A DNA stretch of 64,000 bases, taken from the NCBI GenBank assembly GCA_951406725.2, contig OX597825.1:43896001-43960000 (forward strand), given 5' to 3'. This DNA is from Octopus vulgaris (taxonomy: Eukaryota). Positions 39,129 to 53,525 of the stretch are shown here, piece by piece; the first letter of the stretch is position 1, and each line of letters opens with the position of its first letter. Position numbers and translations under genes: made by a program. The notes beneath the pieces are model-generated. The model was not told where the DNA came from, did no database searches, and worked only from the letters and a program-made list of their open reading frames with translations.

Positions 39129-39670
39129 TTAATGAACGAGTAGGTAGCGTCTGGTGACGTATAAGTGATTAAGTCTTAAATTCGCAGTTAGTGCAGAAGG
39201 AAGAGCGCTGTGCAAAATATGGAGTTGCTGCTGGGCTGACTGAATATTGGTGACAAGTAAATGAGGTTCGACCTGGGCAAACCACAATTCAACATCTCCA
39301 ATGAACGCCAGTAAAGTAGAAGGATTCATCTTGCTGGAAAACTGTAGAGAATGCCGATAAAAATACTGTCACCGTGAGCGGGAAACAAAGCGAATTTAGG
39401 CACCAAAGTTGTACTGTCCAATGAGACTAGACATCAAGTGAAAACGGGAAAAAAACGGAGACGACTCGAAAAACATTTCTATACAGCTAATGTTAACAGG
39501 AACGTTCCGGAAAGAATTTGTGTATGTGGAGGCAACGAGCACGTGGAAGACAATGGATTTCGAACATCGTTTGAATACGAGGATTATCAGTTACGTGTTG
39601 TATATCATCTCCGAAAGCCAAAGTAACTATCATCAATGGATGAGTCTTCTTACGTCGGGGGTTACCACTT
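39129..39670 (-). mobile_element. Gypsy gag N-terminal fragment with PBS-like motif
   Basis: FIGDVELWFAQVE; minus-strand TGGTAACCCCCGACG at ~39653-39667. Confidence 0.55.
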
Positions 39671-40099
39671 TTAGCTTGACGGGTGTGTAGAAAAAGATGA
39701 ACATTGTTTTACCATAACAATTAAAATTTAATAGAAAGGATAGTGCAAACACTGCTTTTACATGTTGTTAGAAATCGGATGTCCTCGTGTCTTGGGTCTC
39801 TTTGAATGACCAGTAAAAGCTTCTTGGTCGCGGAGAAGATTATGAAAGTAACAGAAATATGTGTACAGTAGAAAACATATCCGGTTCCCGGTTGGCACTT
39901 ACTGTAATGAATTCGTAGTGACAACGATGACAAGAAATCGGCTTAGGCAGACATCGTTAGAATAACGGTAACGAACATGGTTCGTGACAGTAGGCAGAAA
40001 TGAGCTGGTACTCGTTGTGTGTACCAAATTGGCAAAAGAGACAGAGAAAACGCCAAACACTGGAATATCTAGGTATCCGCTATCACGCCACTTGGTGGC

Positions 40100-41590
40100 C
40101 TATATCGTTGAAGGGATGTAATTCAGCTGCCTGCGAACATCTAGATTCTTTCCTCTCTTTTGTCAAATCTTTCCATTCTGCCCTCCACTTCTGCACTATT
40201 TCCGACACCTCAGTCGCCTTTCTCGATATTTCGGTCAGCATTCATCACCTAACTCTCACCACCTCCGTCTCCTACAAATACACAGACACACGCTCATACC
40301 TCAACTTTCCTTCCTCCCACCTTAAACACACCAAGCTCTCCATCTCCTATTCCCAATTCCTCGCATATCTTCCCTAAGCAACCCATCCCCTCCTTCAAAC
40401 GGGCCCACAACCTACGAGACCTCTTAGTCCACAGCTTCTTCCCTAACCCAACCTCCCAACCCGGCTCGTTCCCTTGCTCCTGCCCACGCTGCCGCATTTG
40501 CCCTTATTTCTCCAACACTACCCTCCTCACAGGCACCCACCATCGACCCTATCATATCACTGACTCCTTCACCTGCATTTCTAGCAACATCTTCTACTGC
40601 GTTTCCTGGTCCCTCTGTCCTTCTTAATACATCGGTCAAACGGGACGCCGCTTGGCTGACCGGTTCGCGGAACACCTCCAAGATATCAGACTCGGCAACG
40701 ACACACCGATCTCGCGCCATTTCCGCTCTTTCGGTCATTCTTTACAACACCTGTCTGTGTTCGGATTGTCCCTGCACAGGGGCCATCCGGACTCCCGTCT
40801 TCGCCGTGAGCAGGGATTAATCTTCTCTCTTCGCTCCTTTGCGTCACATGGGCTCAACTCTCCTCCTTCTCCATCTAACCCTCCTCCTTTCTTCACTCTT
40901 CCTCTCAAACCTACTTCCTCCCACCCACCTCTCCTCTCTTGCTCTGACACCTACTTCCTCTCTTCACTCTTACCCACCTTCTCCCTTCTACCCTCTCACT
41001 TCATCGTCACCCTTCCCTCGTTACCCAACCCCTACACAATTTCAACCCCACCATCCCTATACATCCCATCCCACTCCCACCCCATCCCTTGCTTCCCCCA
41101 CTCTCACCTCCCCAACACCCACACCCACCCACACACCACACCACACCATCACACCACACACCACCACACCACACACCACCATACAACATCACACCACCCT
41201 GCACACACTAGCACTGACCACTTCCCAACATCTAGACCATCATCCACACACCTACACATGCACATACGCATACGTCAAGGTCACCAGCTCCCTTCCACAC
41301 GAATATACACGTTCTCACATACACACGCACGCACACCTTCGTTATGGGATTACCATTACTTTATTATCTCTCCTTCTTCCTAGCTCTCCTGTGTGACCCC
41401 TCTGTCCGGCATTCGCCATTACAGATCGCTAGCCACAAAACCTTTTCTATTTATTTCTGTGTTCCTTTCTGCCGAAGAGCGTAGGCTCGAAACATAAAAG
41501 ACTTTCTTACTTCCCGACCGTTAAACTAATACTTCTGTTTGTTGTTTATACACTCGTCTTCGTCCTTCTTTTTTTTTTTGTAAATTCTCA
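40100..41590 (+). mobile_element. PLE 3' part (RT thumb, internal deletion, GIY-YIG, UTR)
   Basis: VAFLDISV...YLNFPSSH...ISYSQFL; PCSCPRCRIC...YIGQTGRRLADRFAEH. Confidence 0.88.
41465..41500 (+). ncRNA. Minimal hammerhead-like motif, A6>C
   Basis: cttt CTGCCGA A GAGC gtag GCTC GAAA ca TA aaag. Confidence 0.55.
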
Positions 41591-43944
41591 TTATATGTAT
41601 ATATATATATATATATACACCTCGGCATGCACACACGCTTGTGTATAAATAAATATCACATGACCTTTAGCATTCATTATATATTACCCTCTCTACAATG
41701 ACATCATCAAATACAAAAACAAATTTGAATAATCAAACACTATCCGTCACAAATGCATATCTACCTATGTGTGTGTGAGTATGTGTGCGCGCACACGCGT
41801 GTATCACACATTCATACATACATACATACACGCACGCACACACATATATACATACATACATACATACATACATACATACATACATACATACATACATACT
41901 ACATACATACATACATATATATGCCCTTATACATAAACACATTCGCGTGTATGTATTAAAGATAGAATGAGAAATAGTAAGAGAAAGAGACATATGTACT
42001 AGAGCATAGTTAGTAATGTTTTTAATGAATACAAACACGCGCCAACCTTTCATAATTAGAAATGGTAGACGACTTTACACATATTGACTCATCGGTATAA
42101 ATAAATCGACGCTACAAGACGAACGGATGTTTATTTTACCCAGTACTCGCCTAAACTTGCAAAAAGAATCGGTGATAAATAAAGGGAAATTCATAAGGAT
42201 TAGGTAGAACAGGAAGTACATTAGGCATGCATAAAAAAATAGTTTTGCAGACAAAGCTTGAAGGGGGAGAAGACACGTTATCAAACTGGGGGTTTAGTGT
42301 TATTTGAACATTTATCTTCAACAAAATTTTATGACTCTAGATCATTGTCAAGAAGTCGACTATTCACCATCTAGCTATTTATACCTATCTGAATAATCTA
42401 ATGTTTGTCAGTAAATAAGTACAATGAAGACATGCTGTTTATCACTGGAATTGGTAAGAGTACAGTCCTAAGGCTCTGTTAAAGAAGAGAGTGGTAGTTA
42501 TTTTTATACCAAACCAGAAACCTATCCCAAATGTTTGCTTGGTGTTTAATGACCAGCTATAGTAGTTAAACCAAGTGATATATTAAGTCTAGAGCTGTGT
42601 AATTCATCATTTGCAGTGCTGCATTCAAATATTCTTTTGACAAAATGCATCACATTAACACTGTTTCAATTGGTATCCTTCCTTAGTAGTATTTTTCGTA
42701 GTTATTTTATATTACGATTTTATACACAAAGATTTTATACACAAAGATATGAAATAAATTCAATTTCGAAAGGGTGTAAAAGTATTACAGTTGTATTAAA
42801 AATGTTTATTTCTCCCATGAAATCGTTTACTTCAACTTACTTTGTTCACTTATCAGATATCTTGAGATTGTTTATCAGTATTATCACTAGCTCATATCGC
42901 CTAATATACCCAAAGTTCAAATCAATCTCATAGATGGTCACACCCATGGACGTGTCAGAGTCACTGAACAGTTAATGCTGTTGACACTTTCTGTTCCCTC
43001 CTCCGGTTAGGCTGTTAGCTCCTGTCCCGATTAAACCCTGTGGCAACTTTCATTAATGAGATTGCGATAAACAGACCTGCTGAAATCTGTTCAGGAAGTC
43101 CTTGAATGAGATACAATGTCCTATAATGGTCGCGCTTCAGTAAGATCGCACTTCATCGGATGGAATCACACATATATGTGTTTGCCGGTGCGTGTATGTG
43201 TGCACACATGTGTGGTGTGAACGTGTGTGCGTATGATGGATACTGACATCAGCAAAAAAACGGTGCTCTTCGAAGAAACATCTCAGCTTTACAGACACTT
43301 CTTTGATGAACTATATATAGTGTTTGGCCCGTTGGAAACTTTAACCATGGTATTGATTCCAAACTGCGATATAAATTAGGAATAATGGCAATGGATATGT
43401 GCACACAACGTGTAAGCGATAGAGACGTGTATGCATAAAAAGAGTAGAAGCGAGCGAGAGGTAGAGACAGATAAACACAAATAAATGGTGTCTAATATAC
43501 AAGCAGGCAGATGAACAGGCAGACAGACAAGGAAGCTGGTAGGCAGATATATCTATGACTAACTATTATGAACCGATCTCAAATCTCACTTCCCTGGAGA
43601 TGTTTGTTTATAAATCTTGATAGTTTTGTAGCGAATTTCCTTTTCCTGCTACCTGAATTCTAAATCATCTCCTCATTGCTTAATTAAATCATTATGGCAC
43701 AACATCCAGGCATCGTAATATAGTTCCAGGAGAAGAATAAGTTTTTGCATGTATGTGCAAATTTACCAGGCGCATTCAAATGTTGACATAATTGTTATTT
43801 TAAATATTAGAGTACACTATATACCAAACTATTTAACCTTTTAAGACGGTTTATGAAAAATAGTCTCGAATGCTGTGGTTTATGTTTGTCATCTGCTTTT
43901 GACAGCTGTCACTGAACAAAGAGAAGTCAACAATGCTGTAGCAA

Positions 43945-45313
43945 CAGGTACGTAGCCAACCGAGTGCAACAGGGGCGGTGGGGGCTATCTTGATAGCTGG
44001 GGTGCTGAAGGGAACTCTAAAAATCGTACTGTTTATAAAATTTGATTACGTGTACCAAGAAAATTCACAACGCAAAATAATAAAATCAGGTTATATTTAT
44101 TTTATACAACTGCAATCTACTGCAACTCAATGCAAAAAAAAAATTTAAGAAAATCGTCCTTGTCTATAATTGATTTGTATTTACTAAGAGAAGCAAGTAA
44201 TACGAGGTTTGATTTTCGCAGGTGATTCATTTTACGTCGAAAGGGAGTCATAATTCGAGTTAGCGTCGAAAACGATGACTCCATGTGGCTGTGCTAGACC
44301 CAAATGTTAATGCTACACCATACAATAGATAAACATTTGGAAAGGCATCCTGTATGATACGTAAAGATCCAAAAATCTCCAGTAGTGTCATCATATTTTG
44401 TTTGGAAATGTATGCTTTAGCTACAATAAGTTCAGACAGCAAGGCTGATTTATCGCAATTAACTAAATTGCTCAAAGGTTTTAAAGTATCAAACTCCAAA
44501 AATATCTCGGAGATTGGTAGCAGACTTGCCAAGGAAGAATATATGCTGTCATTTTGCTCTAAAAATCTATTATCTAGCTCTCCCAAGCTTTCATCGATGA
44601 TGGCGAAATAAATTTTCCGGTGAAAGATTATCCACTCATCTTGTGATGGAACCAGGATTTCAACAGCATAATTTGAAAAACGTTGGGACCCGCAAGCTTT
44701 TCCATGCATGCGTTCCTCAATAGCATTAAATTGACTCATTTGTTTCAGAATCTCATCAAATATTAAAGAGTCCCTTAGTTTGGTTATTTCACACTTGGCA
44801 ATCTGAAGATGCCCAAGGTCATACTGTATATCACAATTGTGACTCCGAAGCTGTTTGTCTACTGCCCTAATTATATACAAAATAATACCAAGAACAAGGG
44901 ATAGAAAAACAAACCTTTCGGAACGAACTTGATGTAAAATTCCAGTTGCTTCAATGCACGTTTTTGAATCTGATGGATCTGTGCGCTCGGTTAGCAAACC
45001 AACAATCTTGGAGTGATTTTCTGTTACAGTAGGAATAACACTGAAATGACTTGACTACCTATGCTCCATAAGAAGTGGCGATTTTGAATCCTTTACTGAG
45101 ACTAGCTGTCCTTGGCTGTTTAATAAATATGAAGAATATTAGCGGTGTCGAAGAACGTAGCTAACCCCAGAATCCGCTTTATTGTATTAACCAATTTCTG
45201 ACTGGTGGTAATAAAATGACATGTTAATTTTCATCTCTGTTCATATACGTGTGTGTGTGTGTTTGTGTGTGTGTACGTTACTAGTACCATAAATCTCTCT
45301 CTCCCTTCCTCCA

Positions 45314-45365
<52 letters not shown>

Positions 45366-45859
45366 CATATATATACAACTTATAAATAAGGGCAAACGAA
45401 AAAATTTCTAATGCCAAATATGCCGAAATTAGACACCCTGTCCATAACCATATAATTTTTCACTGTAAGCAAGCTACACAAAAAAAGTCGACAGAAATCT
45501 CTAAAAAATTCCATTATTACCATATCGGACCGATTATATGGTTATGGACAGGGTGTCTAATTTCGGCATGTTTGGCATTAGAATTTTTTTCGTTTGCCCT
45601 TATTTATTAAGTTGTTTATAAATTTAACCTTTAAAGGTATTTTTTAATATGCAGGCCATTGATAAAATTTTTTTTCGAAAAAATTTTATCCTACATTAAA
45701 TATAAATATATATATGTATATGTATATATATGTATGCATGCATGTATGTATGTATGTATGTATGTATGTATGTATGTATGTATGTATGTATGTATGTATG
45801 TATGTATGTATGTGTATGTATTATGTATGTGTATGTATGTATGCATCCATGTATGTACG

Positions 45860-45893
<34 letters not shown>

Positions 45894-46099
45894 TGTATGC
45901 ATGTATGTATGCATGTATGTATGTGTATATACGCACACACTCAAACATATGTGTACCTAGAAGATTTTTGTTGCTAACGATAAAGTAGTCAATGCTTTTT
46001 TAGACACCCGTACACATAAATCTGTCTCCAGTTTATTTCTCCATAAGCAATTAAGATGGCATTGCTTTCAGTGCTGACCAGTTCTATAGAACACGCGCG

Positions 46100-46133
<34 letters not shown>

Positions 46134-46441
46134 TACGGACACATACGGACACATATGCGCGCGCGCGAGCTTGTAATTACCCACATATTTTCACATACCA
46201 CTAAATCAAAGGAAATAAATCTATTGCCTCTTTAGCGACCTCAGATCTTATGAATATGATGTTGTCCCTAAAGTGTTTCTTGTTAAAAAAGTATTGTTGT
46301 TTTTCAACACTACAACAAACACTTACTGCATTCTTCTTGCAAGAGTGAATAACACAAATTCTCAAACTGGAGGGGTTGAAATTCTAACTGGAAGAGGGGC
46401 GGGGTTAAGAACGCTATAGCACCCCTGTAGTTACGTGCCTA
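43945..46441 (-). mobile_element. Internally deleted hAT transposon with transposase C-terminal fragment (ORF 44260-44997)
   Basis: TIRs CAGGTACGTAGC / rc TAGGCACGTAAC; 8-bp TSD tgtagcaa / agtagcaa; hATC-like AFPNVYLLYGVALTFGSSTAT. Confidence 0.85.
45376..45690. repeat. ~80-bp-arm palindrome with one-sided extension between (TA)n tracts
   Basis: caacttataaataagggcaaacgaaaaaa...ccatataat versus attatatgg...gcccttatttattaagttg (ends 45614). Confidence 0.85.
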
Positions 46442-46974
46442 AGTAGCAAGCTGGTTTGGGCACACATTGCAATTAATTATAGGATCTCTGTCAATTTTCG
46501 TTAATGTAAGAATTATTGTAAAAATGTCTTCACTTGGGCGACCCGAGCTTTTAAGAGAAATAATATTCTTAGTTTTGCTTCATACAAAGAAATATATATA
46601 TACACCGAGACAACAGAGGTCGCCCTGTAGCAGGAATATTTAGCAATCGAACACAGATGTAATATAAAAAACCACCACCACTTTAGCAACAGAGTACTGA
46701 CAGCACACGGAAGACATCAGACAGGACACAGAAAACATCAACAAACAACAGCAGCTGAGCAGAGCACTGTGAAAACTCAGAAACAATGAACGGATGGCGT
46801 CAGCAACACATAATGACCAGCTAACGACTATCACATCAATCCAAGTACAATCATTTTTGGACTATCTCGAAGTAACGACAAAATCTTTTTGTGTGCGATA
46901 AGTATAAATATTTTTTTGCATCAGAAATCTGAAACAGATTTCAGTATTCTTTATCGTAACGCACCATATTTCAA

Positions 46975-48500
46975 AATGCTTTTACAGTTCCAGTGCTAGT
47001 ACCAACATTTAAAATAATAGACTGGACACTTGACGAAATCCGTAACCTGGACATCAAAACTAGAACGGTGCCGACCATCACTGTCAACTTCCACATCAAC
47101 AGAGACACCGAGAGGATCAATGTGAGACGAAGAGATGGCGGTAGAGGAATAAGATGGGTACAAACATCCTGTGGATGTTGCATTGTATCACTCAGACATC
47201 TGCTGAAAGAGGATAACAATAGCATTGACAGGATCTATGGCCGATACATTACATCCCACCTAGAAGGATATGCATTTGGTATCCAAGGACAGGAGATATC
47301 TACTAAATACTTAATAAAGAAGGGAGTCAAAAATACCACCAAACATTCACGTCATGATAGAAAGTGTGTCAGCTCTGCTATACCAGTCTGCAAGATATCA
47401 CCCACATCATCAGTAGTAGCTGTCCCAAAATGCCTACAAAACACTAACTGCCCACAAGACATGATATAGTTGCGAAGAATATTTACAATGCTGTCTGCAG
47501 AAAGGATGGTCCTGAGGTATACATCAAATGTATGTCAGAACCAGCAGGTATTCATACCTTTAAAAACAAGGAATACTGGTAGAACACTTCAATAAAAACA
47601 TCAATTCGGTGCACACATAAGATACCCGATATTGTTCTATGGGACAGGAAACAAAAGCCATGCACTGTTGTAGAAGTCAGTTGCCCAGCGGCTGTACAAT
47701 CAAAAGTCCAGGAAAACGAGAACATTTATGGCAAATTAATACGGAACATACACAACACTTGTACTCTGACTGTGAATTCCCACTTGTACCTATCATCACA
47801 AGTGCATTAGGTTATGTACAAGCATATTTGCTCAGGGAACAATAGTCATGCATTTTTGAAGAGATTAGCTCCCCTGCAAATGTGAATCTCATCAGTAATT
47901 GGGGAAAAGGAGAACATCTATGGAGAACTGACAGTTACGGCTCTTATATCAACGCTACAGATTTTCATTTGTTATAATTGTAGGTCCACTGAAAGCAGCG
48001 AGCTGGCAGAATCGTTAGCACGCCGGGCGAAATGCATAGCCGTATTTCGTCTGCCGTTACGTTCTGAGTTCAAATTTCGCCGAGGTTGACTTTGCCTTTC
48101 ATCCTTTCGGGGTCGATAAATTAAGTACCAGTTACGCACTGAGGTCGATATAATCGACTTAATCCGTTTGTCTGTCCTTGTTTGTCCCCTCTGTGTTTAG
48201 CCCCTTGTTGGTAGTAAAGAAATAGGTATTTCGCCCATCGCTACGTTCTAAGTTCAAATTCCGTCGAGGTCGACTTTGCCATTCATCTTTTCGGGGTCGA
48301 TAAATTAAGTACCAGTGAAACACTGGGGTCGATATAATCGACTAGTCCCCTCCACCACAAACCTGAGGCCATGTGCCTCCAGTAGAAAGGATTATTGTAG
48401 GTCCACTTAATATACATGGAAAACTAGAAATGCTGATTCACATTTTCATGATACAAAGGAGCATAGAAATTTTGTGAAACATTTCCGGGATTCCCCACTT
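46975..48500 (+). mobile_element. R4/Dong-type REL LINE fragments, interrupted by a SINE
   Basis: NFHINRDTERINVRRRDGGRGI; YITSHLEGYAFGIQ; PDIVLWD...VVEVSCP. Confidence 0.8.
47992..48393 (+). mobile_element. Composite (dimeric) SINE family B
   Basis: Two copies of gttcaaatt..gaggt.gactttgcc.ttcatc.tttcggggtcgataaattaagtaccag; 14-bp TSD attgtaggtccact (47977-47990, 48394-48407). Confidence 0.85.
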
Positions 48501-48759
48501 GAGATTCCTTGGTGAACATATGCACACTGTATAAATATATATACAACCCTCATTTTGATTTTAATTTTAAATTAATATGTTCTCAAACCGGCGTAAACTA
48601 CTGCAGTGAATTATTTGTGGAGTATTTATTTCCGGTAATTTGGCGCGCAGAATGAGGACAGTTGAATATAACTGTGAATATAATGGGCCGAGCTGCTCGT
48701 ATTTTTGACTTCGTGTTGATATCTGGCGTGTAGCTTGACAAATTATATCTTATGACGGA

Positions 48760-48834
48760 CCTCACTGAGGAGCTGTAGATTAATTGTGTAAGTAAAATTG
48801 CATAATTTATTAACAGTGAAACAATTGTATGGGG
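48760..48834 (+). ncRNA. Type-I hammerhead with extended stem II
   Basis: cctca CTGAGGA GCTGT [36 nt] ACAGT GAAA caatt GTA tgggg; palindromic ACAATTGT stem III. Confidence 0.75.
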
Positions 48835-49306
48835 TTAATCTATATTTTTGTTATTTTTCATTTGTACAGCTCGCTTACGTTCATGGTGTACTAAATTTTT
48901 CTGGTGTAGAATTCAATACATGTATGCTTCTGAACGAAGAGTTAGTAGAGTAACAAGCGGTAATAAGAGATGATAAAGGAATGAGCGATTATCTAATGAA
49001 CTTCATTAGCTTACAGCTGTTCACACTATAAGATTCAGTGGACTCATTGTTGAATGCTGAGTAACGCCTTACAGTTTCATCGGATCCTCAAACATGAAGT
49101 GCAATATATTTGAGAAAACAAACACATTTAAGCATATATACAGGAAAGTAGTACCAAAGAGAAAGCATATATTTGAGGGATGAAATACAAGGGTACCTCC
49201 CGTAATTAGAATAAAATTAATTCTAAGATGTATATATTGATACATATAGCCAGATGTAGAGAAATATCGAGTAGAACAATCAGTAAGAATATACGTATAC
49301 ACAGAG

Positions 49307-49352
<46 letters not shown>

Positions 49353-49358
49353 CAATAT

Positions 49359-49990
49359 ATCAGGTTGAGTAAAACATTCTTCGCAGTGGTTGGACCAAAA
49401 TGAAGCACCAAAAACCTTCCCTAAACCTGAGCTCTTCAAAAAGAAGGTTATGGTGACTCCTTGACTCTTTGGTGGTGTACTGCTGGACTCATCCACTATA
49501 GATTCTTAAAACCCGGAAAAACCATTACTGCAGAAACATATTGTCGTGAAATTCCCAAAATAAAAGAAAAACTGCAACTTCCTCCGTCCTGGACTAGTCA
49601 ACAGAAGAGGGCCAATCATTCTTCATGACAATGCTTGACCACACGTTCCACTAATGACACTCCAGAAGTTGAAGGAACTTGGCTTCGAAGTTCTTCGCCA
49701 TCCAACATATTCCCCAGACCATTCTCCAACCAACTACCACCATTTCAACCACCTTGATGGTTCCCTACGAGAGCAGTTAAAAAGATCAAACCGATGCCAA
49801 AAGTGCGTTCAAAGAGTTCATCAGCTCCAGAACTCTTTTTATGTTACCAGAATAAACAAACTTGTAACTTGTGGGCAAAAAGGTGTTGATTGTAATGGTA
49901 CTTACTTTGATGAATAAAATTTCCGCATTGTTGAAATATGTGATGAATTTCATATTTCAAAATGTTGCTTACTTTTTACCCAGCTTGATA
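49359..49990 (+). mobile_element. Internally deleted mariner
   Basis: TIR-like tatcaggttgagtaaa / tttacccagcttgata; ILHDNA, VLRHPTYSPDHSPTNYH motifs. Confidence 0.85.
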
Positions 49991-50059
49991 CATCAGCTAG
50001 TACGATCAGAAGTAGGAGCGAAAAGGTTAGAAAACAAACATAAAGGTCGTAATTGTGGA

Positions 50060-51689
50060 GGTTATAATGCCTCTTCTAATAAGGACGAAACTGCTTGGTT
50101 TATTATTCCACTTGCTAAGGAGATTATGGGTAATTTGGTCGGTGCGTTATACAAACTATTTTCCAAATATTTTACAAAAGAAAATAGATACTATGATGTT
50201 ATTAACTCTAAGCTCTTTAGAATTGTTCTTTCTGCAGCTAATAATTTATACCCGATTACATCCTTGATTAACGAGAGAAAATTGTATTATTTTTATAATA
50301 ATTGTAACGGTAGTAAACACCGTTCTATTAATACCATTGGAATAAACGTAAGAACGGAGAGTGAACGTCGGACATCTAATGTCCAAAGGGAGGCTACTCG
50401 AGTAAAATCCCATCCAAACCTCTTGAATGTGTGTAAAACTATAAACAATAAAAATCTAATTTGTAACGTTGAGAAACAAAATAATAATGTGAGGAATAAT
50501 AGTCTTTGTGACTGCACGGTTAAAAGTAAATGTTTGTTTAACAATTATTGTAAACGAAAAAATGTTGTTTACAGGTGGAAGGTGTATTCTGAAGGTAGAA
50601 ATTACGTTTATATTGATGCTACGCAAAATTTTATTAAAAAAACGTATTTCTAACCATATTTACACCTTTAATAATAGAAATAGGTTTACTTCCAGTAGCC
50701 TTAGTAAATTTATTTTGGAATTAAAAGATACCAAAAAAGCTTTTCGGTAGAGTGGGAAATTATAAACAGGGCTACTACTTATAAACCTGGAAAGTCTTTC
50801 TGCTTCTTTTGTTTAGAAGGGCTGTATTTGATTTGATTTTCTAGAAGACGTCTATTAAATACTAAAATGGAAATGGGATTTTCTTGTGTCCATGCATCAA
50901 AATGGACATTTAGGAACTATAATTAAGTTTGTAGTAATCATTGATAATTGCTTATATTAAAGATATTACATTTAAATATAAATATATATATACATATGTG
51001 TGTATATATGTGTGTGTATATATATGTATATATATATATATATGTATATATATGTATGTGTGTGTGCAGATTTCCTATGGGTAAAATCTGGCAATATGTG
51101 GGTTCTGTTTGTGTTTACTTGATACGTATACACTGTGTATTTGAGTAAACATTGATTGACATGGCAATTTTGGATGGAGTCGGGTGGATTTTAATATGAC
51201 ATGTATTGTTAATTTGTAGTTTTATTCACATGCTCGACGAATTGACGTGTCTAGCTGCTCTCTCCTTAACAATTAATCTACAACGTTCTCACCTATTCAC
51301 TAGTTTCATCTACCATTCTTTTTCTCTCGATAATGTCTATATCTTAACTGTCATAAAGCCATCAATGAACTATTCTGTGTCATACTGGCACGAGCAAGAA
51401 TGTGTTGAACATATTTATTTTTGTATAATAGGGCAATGAGGGTTTCTACGGAACGCTTGCGTTAAGAAAAACTAACATTTCTGAGTTTGTCGTAGGTTAG
51501 CCTACACGTTGTTAAATAACTCCCTTTTGAAATTCTCACTAATGATATAGCGAATTCACTGGTTTCGGTATATACAAATTAACAAATTGTGTATGGAAAC
51601 AGCTTTAGGTAGGAACTTCTATGTATGATTTTGAAAATCTTGAAGTAGAAACATCTGTAATTTTTTGTTCATTTTCATCATTTAGAAAG

Positions 51690-51700
<11 letters not shown>
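50060..51700 (+). mobile_element. PLE 3' fragment (GIY-YIG + UTR with a degenerate hammerhead near 51535-51610)
   Basis: CDC..KSKCLFNNYCKRKNVVY...YIDATQNF; KKRISNHIYTFNN...LSKFILELKD. Confidence 0.8.
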
Positions 51701-51729
<29 letters not shown>

Positions 51730-52689
51730 CCTCTCTAAGTGCCCAATAAAGTATATATATATACTTTATTGGGCATTTACCAGAGGCACCTTCACATATA
51801 TGCCTACATATACACACATAAATACACGTATACACATATATACAATATATACATACACACACGCACACATACATACAGACACACGCAAAAAAATTCATAC
51901 TATACAACACACACCTTCACTCACTCTCTCTTTCTTTCTCTCTCACACACCCATCCATTTCATATACACCTACATCTTTCACTTTCTGCTCTCACCTCAA
52001 AGCAAATAACGCCTTTTCACTTTCTCCTCTCTTTCAATTTCTGCTCTCTTCAAAGAATAAAGAAATTATTACAAATTTTTTACGGAAATTAACGAACAGT
52101 CATATGATCCCATATGATCGAGTTGACAACTTTGCTTCTTCAAACGAAAGTTTTCCATAAAATAACTTTCTTTCGCATACACATGCACATACACACTCTA
52201 GGTAAAACTTCTATACGAATTATGCTATTTCTTGCTGTGCGCACGCACAAATTTACAGCTCAAGTCTAGTTGAAATGATCTTTTTCTTTTGTGTAATTTG
52301 TGTTTGTGATGAGCGCCTTTAAAAACCTGATCTTCGATATAAACTTAAAAGGAGTTTTTCCCAGAAATCCTGTCCTTTACCTCTTCTTTCTAGATGTCCG
52401 AGGTGACATTTGCGTCCCCCGCTATATTTTTCCTAATTTTTTTTTCCGATTCCTATGTTTGTGACACAGGATATTGGGATTTCACCCACAAAACGCGTTC
52501 TCAATATTTTAATTTTCTCCCTCTCCCCACCAAATAAATTTTTTACTTTTTCCAATTTTTTTCTTGGTAATCCATGGAGAAAAAACAGAGAGTACTAATC
52601 TTTAAGAATTTTACCCATCTCCTCACCACTTTCAAAAAGCTACAAACTCTTAATGTTTCACTTTTAGCTTTTTGGAAAGCGGGGAAGTT

Positions 52690-53492
52690 TCAGTAAATTT
52701 TTCGCGTGGAATCAACCATCCCCCGGAATAACTGGAGAATTTTCTTTTCGTTGAATGAATTACTATGAGCTCCTAGTATGTCACAAAACCCTTTTTGTTT
52801 GTCCGGAAGACGGGGATGGGGTGGAACACGCAGAAATTCCACCCCTCCCCCTTCCCGCGATCATTGGAAAATGCTTTCTTTTTCGTTTAATGAATTACGG
52901 TGACCTCCCAATATGCCACAAAGCACTTTTTGTCCGGAAAACGGAGTGTGGGTGGAGTAGAACCCTCGGAAATTTCACAGGGAAATTTCATCCCTCCCCT
53001 CAATTTCAGAGGGACGATCTTTTGGCAAATTTTTACACGTGGGTCAGTGCTTGTCGGCAAGGGAACGAACGCTTCCTGTTGTAACGCTTGGCCTTTTAGA
53101 AATAACAGCCAAATCTCCCTAGCTACACTGCACTTGTCTTTGTTGAGCAACACGTACCCATAACGTATTCTTTCGTTATCTTTTGTGTGTGCATATGTGT
53201 GTATTTATGTATGTATATATGTGTGTGTATACATGTGTATATATACATATATATATGTATATATATATATGTGTGCGTATATGTATGTGTGTGTATATGT
53301 ATGTGTGTATATATATACGTGTGTGTATATATGTGTGTGTAAATATGTGTATATATATGTGTGTGTGTGTACATATATGTGTGTTTAGGTATATATGTGT
53401 GTATATATATATGTGTGTGTGTGTATATTGTGTGTATATATGTATGTATGTGTATATGTGTGTATATATGTGTGCGTGTGTGTATATATATG

Positions 53493-53525
<33 letters not shown>

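Noticed and set aside
46536-46660. gggcgacc/ggtcgccc as P1 of an HDV-like ribozyme upstream of the Dong-like LINE
   Set aside because: I could not build P1.1, P3/L3 or J4/2.
49005-49100. Two further minus-strand hammerhead halves (GAAACAGCTGTA; GAAACTGTA)
   Set aside because: The 5' cores are deleted or degenerate, so they were not counted.
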